Shown here piece by piece: positions 37,093 through 49,257 of a stretch of DNA of 64,000 nucleotides; within the stretch, counting starts at the first letter, position 1, and each line of letters starts with the position of its first letter. Under the pieces are notes generated by a model that saw only the letters and a program-made list of their open reading frames with translations, was not told the origin of the DNA and did no database searches. Origin of the DNA: Malacoraja senta (taxonomy: Eukaryota). The DNA lies in the NCBI GenBank assembly GCA_038087875.1, contig CM075983.1, positions 20,150,001 through 20,214,000 of the forward strand, written 5' to 3'. The position numbers and the translations under genes are program-made.

Positions 37093-39604
37093 CCTTGAAG
37101 TAATAATAAATAATAAATAAATTAGATAAGGTTGACAGTCAGAACTTTTTTCCCAGGATGGAAATATCAAATATCAAAGCATAGCTTTAAGGTGAGCGGC
37201 AACGTTTTTTGACACAGAGGGCGGTGAGTGCCTGGAATGAGGCAGACATGATCGTGGCATTTATGAGGCTTTTGGACGTTCTGAAATGAAATAAGGAAGG
37301 GGAAGTGTTTGCCGATCCACCGATAGAGACAAAGGGAGAAGTAGTGGTTGGATGCATGGAGTAGGGCAGATAGGTTTATGAAGACAGTCTATTGTAGTAG
37401 TCATTGTGATTGAAAGATGGACAAGTAGCAACACAGTTGATGGTGTTGCTTAAAAGCAGTCAATAATGAATGCTTTGGAGTGTAGGAAGGAACTGCAGGT
37501 ACTGGTTTACACCGAAGATAGAAAAAAATGCTAGTGTAACTCAGCGGGTCAGGCAGCATCTCTGGAGAAAAGAAATGGGTGACGTTTTGGGTCGAGACCC
37601 TTCTACAGAATGAGGGTCAAGGAAGGGGGAAAGGAATATCATACTCCTAGTTTCCCTCTCCCCTAACTGCCAGTCTGAAGAAGAAGCTCAACCCAAAATG
37701 TCTCCTATATCTTTTCTCTAGTAATCAATGCTTTGGTGGGTTTTCACATGTTGCAAGGAAATAAATAAATTGGTTGTTCAAAAAGTCAGATTTTGTGAAA
37801 ACTATGGCAGTCATAAGGAGACCGAGTGAAAAGGTATTGTGGCACCGCACAGTGCACTACATTAACTGAAAGGGAAGCAATAACAAAGCTGGATTGGGGT
37901 GGGGGGAGGAATTCAAGTGAGGCCTAAACTCAATAAACCTTGGTAGACATGTCCTTATCTTTTCTAAATATTTATTTTAACATTCTATTTTTTTTCTAAA
38001 TGGGTTTTTCACCCACATATTAAATGTGCCAAATCTACTATTATACCCAAGGTAGACAAAAGTGCTGGAGAAACTCAGCGGGTGCGGCAGCATCTATGGA
38101 GCGAAGGAAATAAGCAACGTTTCGGGCCAAAACTATTTATCTACTACTATTATACCCAGGTGACTTGAAAAATAACAATGCTAATTTTACTCTTGATATG
38201 TTTCATGTATTTTGTGTTTGTGTTTTATGACTTTGGCAGATCAATTTCCCGCCTGGGATAAATAAAGTTATATTGTATCGTAATGTATTGTGTTGTATTG
38301 TATTGTATCGCATCGTATTGTATCGTATTACATTTTTATATCGGAAAATTTCCACATATCTGTAACTCATTTCATTCTTTTTTTTTTCTACCCAAATAAG
38401 TAACCAGGTTAGATTGTAATTAACATTTTCTCATTGCAGAGATGTCTAAAACTACAGGGTATAGGTTTAAGATAATGGGTAGGAGGTTTAGAGGGACCTA
38501 GAATCAAAGCATTTTTGTCTACCGTCGATCTGACTCCCAAGGCTATCTGGACTATACTTCTTCCCACCCAGCTTCCTGTAAGGACTCCATCCACTACTCC
38601 TATTTCCTCCGTCTGGCCATCTATCTTATCTATGCCTCTCAGGTGAACTTATCTCACCCAGTAAATGATTGGAATATGAAATTTGAGTGGATGCTGGAGG
38701 CAAGAACTTGACAACATTTAATAAGTTCCCAAGGGAACATTTTGATCACCAACCTGTAGAAGGCTATGATGCAAGCGCTCCCATGATGGTTGCTTTAGAC
38801 ATGGTTGTCTGAAGATGGTTATTTCTTTGTTTTGTGACTCTATGACCAGTGGTTGGTATTGTAACAGCATGGTAGCCCCCTACCATTCTTCCTATTTTTA
38901 AATTGTTTGAACATTTGAGATCTTAGAATCAATCCAACGATCAAAGCACTAATCCTGTGGGATTTAATTCACAGTTCTGCAACAAATCTTGCTGATTATA
39001 ATCAACTTTTTAACTAATCTCCCAATCTACCCACAATCCACAGGAGTGGTTTTCTAATTGAAAGTGCTCAGGACAGAACTTTAGTAAAGTGCACAATGAA
39101 AGCCCAAGGGGATTGTGGTGGAGTAAATCTGCTTACTGCTATCACAGTGAAAGATGTCTTGTCAGATTTCTCTCAGAAGTCCAATCCAGGCTTCAGATAT
39201 AAAGAGAGTTGGCGGATCCATTTTGCTATCCTGTCCCTGGGAACAGCGTGACTTTAAACACAAACCAAGCTATATCAGGCGATCCTTAATAACACTGGTG
39301 TTTTTATGATTCCATGAACTACTACTTCAATAACTGACAGGTTAAAATAATGGTGAATAATAGAATGCACAATCAGCAAATAAAAATGCGAATTATTTCC
39401 ACACAGGCTGCAATGATGAAAGCATTTGTTGCCAAATATCAAAAACATAGCATTGCCAAAGCAAACAAAACTATATGACAAAGAAGTAGCTTCATTGAGA
39501 AATCCATGGAGGTCATATTTGTAAGACCACTACTCAAGTACCAGCCCCTAATTTTGATTTGTTTACTGCAAAATAATTCAGGGCACATTAAGCTAACGGG
39601 TCAA

Positions 39605-40033
39605 TAAGTCCACCTTCGATTTCCCAGCAACTGATGGTCAGGCACCTCCTCGAATCTGGACAAAACTACAAGAATGCACTTGAAATCCCCCCTGGTAGCT
39701 CCTCCGAAAATATAGGTGCCTGAAAAACCTAGGCCGGGTGAGGTGGCCGATCACGACCTTATCGGGATAACCGTGGCTGATCAGCGGGTCGAATTCCACC
39801 CCTGCGGCCGGGGCTCTAGAGACCCGGTCCAGCCAGCGCTGGAGGGTCCGTCCCCATAACTGATTTCCGAGTCCGACTTTGTGTGCCGGTATCTCGGCCC
39901 CCTGGCAGTCTTGGTGGACCATTCTGGTACCGTTCAAATCCTCTCGGAGGCCGTGGCCTCTGTTGGTCCAGCGAAACGGATAATCCAGCAAAGTTCTGGA
40001 ACTAAGGGTGCGGGAAAATTGGTGGTGGACCTG
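39605..40033. mobile_element. Tigger/pogo-like MITE, copy 3
   Basis: Right TIR GAAAATTGGTGGTGGACCTG; body homologous to copies 1 and 2. Confidence 0.75.
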
Positions 40034-41014
40034 CACCGTTTCTATGATCAAAGCTCTTTGAAATGAGTAGTAATTTAAATCTGCAGGAAGATTAAACTGA
40101 TCTCTTGCTATCAAATCATTAAGTCAGTCATCATTTTTCAGTTTTATTGTATGCTGGTGGTAAAAACATTTATATATCAGTGTCCATCCAGCTTCTCCAG
40201 ACAGCAAAATACATCCAGTACGGCTGTGTGAATGTTGGCTATATACCCTTGAAAAGATGGGGAATGACAGTGGACTGGAGCAGAGAAAGAGAATTAGGTC
40301 ACAAGCTGGCAAAATATTTGCAGCCAAATTAAACATCAGGAGTAACTACTTCATAATGAAACAATAGATTAATCTTCTACCTGATTCAGCAATGCATTCT
40401 GAATTCATTCCATAATGCACCTCGAAAAATCTTATACAATGAGTCTTATTTTAAATGTGCAGTGAAGGAAAAAGTAGAGGGCTTTACCAATGTTCTAAAG
40501 CTGAATTGAAAGTAGAACGTGATCATTCCAAGGGATGATGTTGCATTTCACATGGTCCCATTCAAATATTGCAAGTATTCAGGCAATTACCAAGGGAGGT
40601 GAAATGGACAAGTAGCAAGGAACAGTAAAGTAGATATGATGAATGCAAGGAATGTTGAATGGGTGAATTTCCCCTTGTTCATTATTACAATGCTACTCAT
40701 GACCTGGTTGACATGATGTGGTAATGTGAACAGTAGCATAATAGATGATCGTGGCTTTTGCTGCTCGGACTCTCACATAGAGCTCGGTTCTGCAGGTATG
40801 AAGAAGAAAGCACTTGATGTATTAACAAGGAACTGCAGATGCTGGCTTATACAAGATAAACAAAAAATGTTCAAGTAACTCAGCGAGTCAGACAGCATCC
40901 TGGAGAACATGGATAGGAACACAATTTCCGGCATTCCAGAGAAAACAATTCAAGTCTGTCAAATGTTTCCCTGTAGCCGACACCCCCTAATCCAGCATCA
41001 TCTGGACATCCGGT

Positions 41015-41831
41015 GACACTGTTGCTAGCTGCCTCCGCCCACGGTCTGGCTGTCTTTTATTTTATTTTATTATGTTTAGAGTGTGTTTTTTAGGTTTTTT
41101 TCTGTATTTTATGTGGGGGGAAGTGGGTAGGGTAAGGGGGAAACCGTCCTTCAGTCGCTTCCTGGCGAGATTGCGGCTATTATCCGAGTCGCGTCCTCCC
41201 CCCCCCAACCCCTCACGGCCTACCAGCTGGATTGGCGCGGCCTTTCCTGTCGGGACTGGACCAGAGCTTCAGCAGCGACGGCGAGGCGCTGGAAACATCG
41301 CGGAGCGGGCGAGGCCTTCCTGGGATCGCCGCTTGGAGCTCCGGAGTGCTCCAACATCGCGGAGCTGTGGATGCGGAGCTCCCAACGCGGGCGGCGCTGA
41401 CTTTAACATCGCGGAGTCCTGGGACCCTTTGCCGGGGTCGCCAGCGTGAATCTCCGCCCAATGCGGACTGTGGACCTCAGGAGCCGCGGACTCCGGTGGA
41501 AGGTGGCCGACGAGAGGTTCCCGGCGAGAGGGCCTGAACATCGGGCCGCCCGTAGCGGTGACTACGGGGTGCTCGGGAGGCCCCGACCACGGGTGAACAT
41601 TGGGGAACATCGGCGAGGAGGTTGACTGGACTTTGGTTCCTTCCCTCACAGTGGGGAACTGTGGTGCTGCTGTGGGGATGTTTGTGTTGTGGACTACTGT
41701 GTTCTGTGTTCTGTGTTTTGTGTTTTTAAAAAAAAAAATTTTTGTATGACTGTAAGGGAAAAAGAATTTCGTTGTCTCTTCATTGAAGACAATGACAATA
41801 AATTAAATCAAATCAAATCAATCAAATCAAT
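41015..41831 (+). mobile_element. GC-rich non-coding retroposon with GACAATAAA plus (AATCA)n tail
   Basis: The tail resembles the Rex/L2-type 3' ends in this window. Body motifs (TTTAACATCG, GGAGCT) are shared with 54200-54600. Confidence 0.55.
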
Positions 41832-41871
41832 TCTGGTAAACCTCCTCTGCACCCTTTCCAAAATCTTCCCC

Positions 41872-41978
41872 AATACAATCAGTCTGAAGATGGGCCCGAC
41901 CCGAAACGTCACCTATCCATGTTCTCGCTAGATGCTGCCGGACCCGCTGAGTTATTCCAGCATTATGTGTCCATCTTA
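41872..41978 (+). mobile_element. Mini-PLE arm with hammerhead core CTGAAGA-T-GGG(CCCGA)CCC-GAAA-CGTC
   Basis: Motif at 41884-41910 followed by family sequence. Confidence 0.75.
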
Positions 41979-42717
41979 CTTTTACGTCCTGGAGCTTCTA
42001 GTATATCCGGCATGGTTGATATGCGGTCCAACTCCTGCTTAGCAGTGGAATAACTACATTTGTTGTGTGCATGTACCATTCAGTGGAAGTCAATGCTGCT
42101 GTCTTGCCATGGTCGTGTACAGTTACGGAGCTTTGCAGCATGGGAACAGGCCCTTCAGCCCAACTTGTCCATGCCAACCAGGTTGGCATTCTAGGCTTGT
42201 TCCATTTGCCAGCACTTGCCGCATCGGCTTCTAAACCTATTATCAGGTGTATCTGCTGTTATCAGGCTGATGCTGAATCATCCTACCACAACCAGAGAGC
42301 AGTGCTGAACTACTATCTACCTCTTTGATGACCCTCGGACTATCTTTGATCGGACTTGCTGGCTTTACCTTGCACTAAACGTTATTCCCTTATCATGTAT
42401 CTATGCACTGTAAATGCATCAATTGTAATCATGTATTGTCTTTCTGCTGACTGGTTAGCATGCAATAAAAAGTTTTTCACTGTACCTCAGTACACATGAC
42501 AATAAACTAAACTGAACTGAGCTGAACCCTTCCTGTACATATATCTCTATGACATATATCTATCCACATGTCTTTTGATAGTTGTATTTCTATCTGCTTG
42601 TGCTCTTATTTGTTCTGCTATCTAACTATTGGGCACACATGGAGGTCTTTGAACAAATATGGTTGCAAGAAAACACTACAAAATAATTTGTTTTGGTGCC
42701 ACAAAGTATTTATATTC

Positions 42718-43052
42718 GTACACGAGATGATGCCTACCCAAGACAAATTATAGTAAAGGTGCAACTTGATCATGAATTTGACGAGATAATGAAGAAAATT
42801 GCCCGTACCAGAGACCTCTCTTTTGAAGGAGTGAGGATCAGTATCTACAGAGACTACCCGGCGGAGGTCTTCAAGAAAAGAGCGCTGTTTACTGAAACAA
42901 AAAGAATACTGAAGAATATATCGAATTTGAGATACGGCTTGCTTTATCCCGCAACATTAAGAGTCACCTACATGAGCAAGGAACAATTGTTTACAGACCA
43001 TGAAAAAGCACTGGAATTCGCCAAAGGTATCGGGAATGTGACCACAGACTGA
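42718..43052 (+). pseudogene. L1 ORF1p C-terminal fragment (Transposase_22-like RRM/CTD)
   Basis: PRQIIVK...ISIYRDYPAEVFKKRALF...YGLLYPATLRV; the N-terminus was lost by 5' truncation. Confidence 0.9.
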
Positions 43053-44083
43053 ACAATATACATTACTCCTCAGGAGTCAAGGAATAACGGGACCTCGCCA
43101 GGTCTAAAAGGATCTTTAAAGTACTTTTAAGAGCTTTAAAGACGTTTGAAAATTGAAATGGACATTGGAGAAAACTTGGATTTTTTTGATTCTCGGGTTT
43201 TTTATTTTTCATTTTTTAATTTCTCCTAATATCTCTACATTTTTTTTAAATTATTCATTCTTCGCGTTTAGTATACATTCTAAGAACAATAATATCACAA
43301 TTATCAAGTGTTACTAATCACTATTATTATTTAGTATTTTCATATTTAACCATACATGTAACTACTAATACTTATTAAATATCATTATTACTATTAAAAT
43401 GACTAAATCTATATTATTCATAAATATTTTTACCGTATGAATAATAACAATGATTAATAACTAACAGTTTCTGGTTAACGTAGAAATAGATTACATACAT
43501 ATATTCCATAGGAATATAAGTAAGAGGTAATTTAGCCCATGTATTAATAAGGGTTGATGGTTTTCCTCTTTATTTTTCAATTAAAAATTAAAAATACATA
43601 CTTAAAGAAGATATTAATATGGTATTTAGAGAATAATAACATTGTTAACTTTTACTGTTGTTTACCTTTTTTGGGTCTTTGAAAAGAAAACAAAAATTTT
43701 GCAACTCCCAAAGAAGTTATTTGATTGTTAGAAATATCATATTTAAAAAAAAAAAATTTTAGCGCGGAGCTAGGATTTTTTTTCTTTTACAAAGGCTACG
43801 GAAGTCTTTAGAATTCTAGCCATGCTAGTGTGGCTAACACTAACTACACTAATAGTAGTTGTAGTTTTTTTTCTTTCACCCTATACTAATCATCTATATC
43901 ACTTTTTTCACTTTAATTATTGTTATAATTTTAAGTTTGAATGGAATTACAAGGTTAATTCAAGGAGATGTGTTCGGAAGAGCGATGTATATTATTTAAA
44001 ATTCATCTATTTGAGGTTCGGGAGCAGGGTCAGGTTTTATGTGTTGTACCTTCTGCTCGGCTATAGACCACCCTAGAAACAAT

Positions 44084-47000
44084 ATGCAAGATGGTAATAT
44101 GACAAGAGGGGGTGAGGGAATAACATTTTGTAGTTGGAATGTTAAGGGAATCAATGAACCAATTAAGAGAGGTAAAGTTTTGGCACATTTAAATTCAATC
44201 AAAACAGATATAATATTCCTTCAAGAAACACACCTTAAAAAGGAATCTCAACATAGACTTAGAGCTAAGTGGATTGCTGAATCGTATCATGCCTCTTTTT
44301 CACACAAGTCCAGAGGAGTTGCAATATTAATTCGTAAAGGAATACCTTTTACACATTCATCAACAATAGCGGATATAGATGGTAGATATATTATATTAGT
44401 TGGAGAGTTAAATGGGATAAAAGTGATTCTTCTTAATGTATATGGACCTAATTTTGATAATCCTTTGTTTTTTAATAAAACATTTAATATAATTCCTGAA
44501 TTTACACAATATAAATTAATAATTGGAGGAGATTTCAATTGTACATTAGACTCTTATTTAAATAGATCATCAAGGCAAAAAAAAGTAAAATCTCAATCAA
44601 GTGTATTTTTAAATTTATTTATTAATACCACTAATATTAAGGATGTCTGGAGAATTGAAAACCCAACTGGATGGGAATACTCATTTTACTCACCGGTACA
44701 TAAAACATACTCAAGAATAGATTATTTTTTAGTCGACTCCACGTTTATCCCATTTACTTATAACTCAAAATACCATAATATTATAATCTCAGACCACGCA
44801 CCGGTAACATTTATGATTAAATTAAATGGAATGTCCAAGAAACAAACATATTGGAGATTTAACCCACAAATATTGAATGAAAGATCATGTCAGGAATATC
44901 TTATTAAACAGATGCAAACATTCTTTGAGGCAAACGACAACCCTGACACATCAGTCTCTCTTATTTGGGAAACATTTAAAGCGTTTGTCCGAGGCGCATT
45001 AATTTCTGCCCAAGTATTTTATAACAAAGAGAACCGGATTAAACAACAAACACTGGAAAGGGAAATAAAGCAACTAGATATAGAAAATGCGAGAATGCCA
45101 TCTACGTTAAAACATAACAAAATTGCTGTACTGAAATATAAACTAAACAAAATGTATTCAGAACAAGTAATAAAACTTTATCAACATACTAAACAATTAC
45201 ATTTTGAGTTTGGAGACAAACCACAAAAACTATTAGCACGTCAGCTACGAAAAATGGAGGGGGAGAAAATAATTCATAAAATTAGAGCAGATACAGGAGA
45301 ATTATTAAAATTGCCCAAGGATATAAACGAGAGATTTCTCCAATACTATCATAATCTTTACTCAACTAAAACTGTAGTACAACCAGAAGGAATAGCAGAT
45401 TTTTTACAAAAATGTAATTTAAAAGGTTTAGATTCAAAAGATAGAGAATTATTAGAAGCGGAGATTACGATAAAAGATATTGAAGAGTCTATTGGATCTT
45501 TAAAAAATGGTAAAGCAGTAGGACCAGATGGTTTAGGCTCGGAATTCTATAAAAAAATTTATGATTTGCTTTCTCCACGTTTACAAAAGCTGTATGAACA
45601 TATTTATACTCAACAGAAACTTCCAGATACCTTAAATGAATCTATAATAACACTTATTCCTAAAGCTGATAAGGATCCGGAAGATCCAGGATCATATAGA
45701 GCAATTGCACTTTTAAATACAGATCAGAAAATACTAACAAAAATTTTAGCGCACAGATTAAGTACAGTGATGAATAAACTAATACACCCTGACCAGACAG
45801 GTTTTATTCAGAAGCGGTATTCATATTACAATCTAAGAAGATTATTTAATATTATATATTCTAAGAGAAATATTAATGAAGATTTAGCAATAATCTCACT
45901 TGACGCTGAAAAAGCTTTTGATCAGGTGGAATGGCCCTATTTATTTTCGGTGATGGAAAAATTGCAGCTGGGCGAGAAATTTTGTGCATGGATAAAACTG
46001 TTATATACAAACCCTACGGCTAGAATATTAACAAACCAAAGGTTATCATCTAAATTTAACCTATCTAGAGGGTGTAGACAAGGATGCCCGTTGTCTCCAT
46101 TATTATTTGCGCTTGTTATAGATCCACTCGCAGAAAGAGTCAGGACCCATCCGGAAATATATGGGTATAACACAAAGGATACAGTGAATAAAATTTCTTT
46201 ATACGCAGATGATGTATTAATTTACATTACAAAACCAGAAATTAGTATTCCAAATTTATTAAAGCTAATAACCCAATTTGGTTCACTCTCAGGATACAGA
46301 ATAAATTGGAATAAAAGTGAAATTATGCCAATAAGGGAACATAATAAACATATAATACAACAATTTCCATTTAAAATAGTAAATGAAAAATTTAAATACC
46401 TAGGCATTTATGTTACTAAGATATATACATCATTATTTAAAGCAAACTTTCCCCCATTACTGAATAAACTACATAAGAATATTCAGTATTGGAAAACACT
46501 TCCTATTTCAATGGTTGGCAAAATTAATGCCATAAAAATGATTTTCTTACCGCAAATATTATACCTTTTTCAAACAATTCCGATATATTTGTCAAAAAAC
46601 TTTTTAAAAAAGTTAGATTCCATTGTCAGTGACTTTATCTGGGATTATAAGAATCATAGGATAAGCAAAAAACATCTGTGCAAATCAAAAATAAATGGAG
46701 GTTTGGTTTTACCAAACTTTTTGTTTTATTTTTGGGCAGTTAACATTAAAAATATGAATTTTTGGTTGGAAGAAATAGATCAACAACCAGATTGGTTAAA
46801 AATGGAAAAGGAAGATTGCTCACCTTTTGAAATCGGCTCGATACTATTTGCTACTTCTAAATTAAATACAAAAATTTATAGGGAAAATCTGATAATATAT
46901 AGTACTATGCGAATTTGGAAACAATTAAAAAAGACATTAAAACTAGATAATTTATCACTTTTTCTTCCAATTGCGAATAACCCTTTGTTTAAGCCCTCAT

Positions 47001-47899
47001 GGTTGGACAAAGGTTTCACACAATGGAAAAATTATGGAATTAAAAAGATGGGACACCTTTATAAGGAAGGCACTTTTCTTTCATTTCAGGAGTTGCAACA
47101 GATTTATGGACTTCAAGTAAATGATTTTTTCAGATATCTCCAACTTAGAGATTACGTAAAAGCAAATACTCTAAATTTTAGAATTAGAAATTCAGAAATT
47201 TTTGACGACTGTTGGAATAAACATCCTAATACAGAAAAACTAATATCTTATATATATAATATTTTATTAGACAGCGATATCCCATTGACGGACTTACACA
47301 GACAAACTTGGGAAAAAGAACTAAATCAAATAATAACGAAAGATACTTGGGAAGAAAGTTTACAACACATACATCAATGTTCATTAAATGCCAGACATTC
47401 TCTAATACAATTCAAAGTAATACATAGGTTACATTATTCTAAAACAAAATTAAATAAAATCTTCCCACATATCTCACCAATATGTGATAAATGTCAACAT
47501 TTAGAAGCTAACTTATCTCATATGTTTGCAAATTGCATAAAAATTAAAAATTTCTGGGTAAATATTTTCACAATAATATCTAAAGTGACTAGCATTCAAT
47601 TGGACCCGGATCCAAAATTGATAATACTTGGAACATTAGAACTAAATCAAACATTTACAACAACTCAAAGAAACTTTATTGATTATAGTATAATAACTGG
47701 GAAAAAATTAATTCTAAAATTTTGGAAAGGCCCTATAACACCCACAATTAAAATGTGTATTATAGAAATGACGGAGACCTTACACTTGGAAAGAATTAGA
47801 CTTGTCCTGTTGGACAAACAGGAACTATTCGTCGGAACATGGTCTCCCTTTATTGACTATTTAAAGGGTCAGAATGGTTCAGCACAGGAACCTGACTAA
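44084..47899 (+). CDS. L1 ORF2p: APE endonuclease, reverse transcriptase and CCHC domain (1271 aa from ATG 44084; in-frame upstream ATG at 44039)
   Basis: EN motifs SWNVKG, LQETH, GGDFN, SRIDY and SDH. RT motifs GPDG, QTGF, LDAEKAFD, RQGCPLSP and YADD. C-terminal CDKC..SHMFANC. No stops. Confidence 0.97.
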   Translation: MQDGNMTRGGEGITFCSWNVKGINEPIKRGKVLAHLNSIKTDIIFLQETHLKKESQHRLRAKWIAESYHASFSHKSRGVAILIRKGIPFTHSSTIADIDGRYIILVGELNGIKVILLNVYGPNFDNPLFFNKTFNIIPEFTQYKLIIGGDFNCTLDSYLNRSSRQKKVKSQSSVFLNLFINTTNIKDVWRIENPTGWEYSFYSPVHKTYSRIDYFLVDSTFIPFTYNSKYHNIIISDHAPVTFMIKLNGMSKKQTYWRFNPQILNERSCQEYLIKQMQTFFEANDNPDTSVSLIWETFKAFVRGALISAQVFYNKENRIKQQTLEREIKQLDIENARMPSTLKHNKIAVLKYKLNKMYSEQVIKLYQHTKQLHFEFGDKPQKLLARQLRKMEGEKIIHKIRADTGELLKLPKDINERFLQYYHNLYSTKTVVQPEGIADFLQKCNLKGLDSKDRELLEAEITIKDIEESIGSLKNGKAVGPDGLGSEFYKKIYDLLSPRLQKLYEHIYTQQKLPDTLNESIITLIPKADKDPEDPGSYRAIALLNTDQKILTKILAHRLSTVMNKLIHPDQTGFIQKRYSYYNLRRLFNIIYSKRNINEDLAIISLDAEKAFDQVEWPYLFSVMEKLQLGEKFCAWIKLLYTNPTARILTNQRLSSKFNLSRGCRQGCPLSPLLFALVIDPLAERVRTHPEIYGYNTKDTVNKISLYADDVLIYITKPEISIPNLLKLITQFGSLSGYRINWNKSEIMPIREHNKHIIQQFPFKIVNEKFKYLGIYVTKIYTSLFKANFPPLLNKLHKNIQYWKTLPISMVGKINAIKMIFLPQILYLFQTIPIYLSKNFLKKLDSIVSDFIWDYKNHRISKKHLCKSKINGGLVLPNFLFYFWAVNIKNMNFWLEEIDQQPDWLKMEKEDCSPFEIGSILFATSKLNTKIYRENLIIYSTMRIWKQLKKTLKLDNLSLFLPIANNPLFKPSWLDKGFTQWKNYGIKKMGHLYKEGTFLSFQELQQIYGLQVNDFFRYLQLRDYVKANTLNFRIRNSEIFDDCWNKHPNTEKLISYIYNILLDSDIPLTDLHRQTWEKELNQIITKDTWEESLQHIHQCSLNARHSLIQFKVIHRLHYSKTKLNKIFPHISPICDKCQHLEANLSHMFANCIKIKNFWVNIFTIISKVTSIQLDPDPKLIILGTLELNQTFTTTQRNFIDYSIITGKKLILKFWKGPITPTIKMCIIEMTETLHLERIRLVLLDKQELFVGTWSPFIDYLKGQNGSAQEPD

Positions 47900-48349
47900 C
47901 ACCCGTGCCAAGGAATAGATGAAAGGTTATACTCTGAAATGTACGAATATATCTCGAATGAAGTTTTTTATCGTAGTAAATTATTCCATTCTTCTTTATT
48001 ATCTTTTTTTTTTTTTTTTTTGGGGGGGGGTTTTGGTTTTGTTTTTGGTTGGTTTTTTTGTGGGGTTTTTCTTGTTTCTTCTCTTTTTTCTCTTTCTTTC
48101 TTTATTTCATCTATATCTTTTTAGTTCTATTTAGTTTAAAAAAAAAAGAAAAAAGTATTGGAGACATTGTAATAATAATGGACGATATTTGTAATTTAAA
48201 AATGTAAGACTGGTATCGATTTTAATATGATATGTATCTACCTCCAATAAAAAATATCTTAAAATTTTTTTTTTTTTAAAGTATTTATATTCATCAGTGT
48301 CATTAAATCGGAAGGAAAGCTACCGTTCAAGTCACCAATTTTGTAATGT

Positions 48350-48630
48350 TTAATTTAGTTTAGAGATACAGTGCGTAAAGATGCCCTTCGGCCCAATGAA
48401 TCTGTGCTGACCAGTGATCCCCGCACACTAGCACTATCCTAGACACACTGGGGACAATTTACAATTTACCCACAAAACTGTATGTCTTTCGAGGGTGGGA
48501 GGAAACCAGAGCCCATGCAAATCAAGGAGAGAATGTACAAACTCCTTACAGACGGCATCTGCAGTCAGGATTGAACCTGGGTCTCTGGCGCTGTAAGGTA
48601 GCAACTCTACCACTGCCCCACCATGCCGCC
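48350..48630 (-). mobile_element. V-SINE (HE1-like)
   Basis: Reverse complement of the family sequence. Confidence 0.85.
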
Positions 48631-48929
48631 CAGAATGTCTTAAAACTGCTTTGAGCATGGTGTACGGAGGTAACGTATATTTGCTGGACAAGTCCGACTT
48701 TTTACATGTTGAGTCATTAAGCTGCTAGTGCAGCTTACTGTCATAATGCTGCAAAATTACATGCCAGGCACACCTCAAGTTGCAATATGATACACACAGA
48801 TACAGAGAGAACAGATGGCCCTGCTTAAGCATACGTGACAATATTAATTAGAAATGCTCAGCTTAATGACCAGAAGAAGTATAGACTGAGCTGTATAAGG
48901 TAGACAATTTATCTAACATGCCCATCAGA

Positions 48930-49203
48930 GTGGCACTGTGACGCAGCGGTAGAGTTGCTGAACCTGAATGTGGGTGCTGTCTGTACGGAGTTTGTACGTT
49001 CTCCCCTGTGACCGCGTGGGTTCTCTCCTGGTCTCTGGCTTCCTAATACTCCAAATACGTACAGGTTTGTAGGTTCATTGGCTTCTGTAAATTGTAAATT
49101 GCCCATAGTGTGTAGGATAGCACCAGTGTACGGGTAATCGCTGGTTGGCGCGGACTCGATGGGCCGAAGGGCCTGTTTCCACGCTGTATCTGTAAAGTCT
49201 AAA
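48930..49203 (+). mobile_element. V-SINE (HE1-like)
   Basis: V-domain and tail. Confidence 0.85.
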
Positions 49204-49257
49204 GAAAATGCAGCAGATCGAATATTCTAACTGAGAGAGTGAGAGTCATGTTATTTA

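Larger units (their letters stand above)
42718..48277 (+). mobile_element. 5'-truncated L1 (LINE-1) retrotransposon, young insertion
   Basis: Perfect 15-bp TSD AAAGTATTTATATTC (42703-42717, 48278-48292). ORF1 C-terminus, ~1-kb spacer, intact ORF2, T-rich 3' UTR, AATAAA at 48246. Confidence 0.97.

Noticed and set aside
33391-40114. Similar ORFs at 33391-33962, 39638-40114 and 14436-14782 resembling a paralogous gene family
   Set aside because: All lie in copies of the same TIR-bounded MITE, and reading frames are not conserved between copies.
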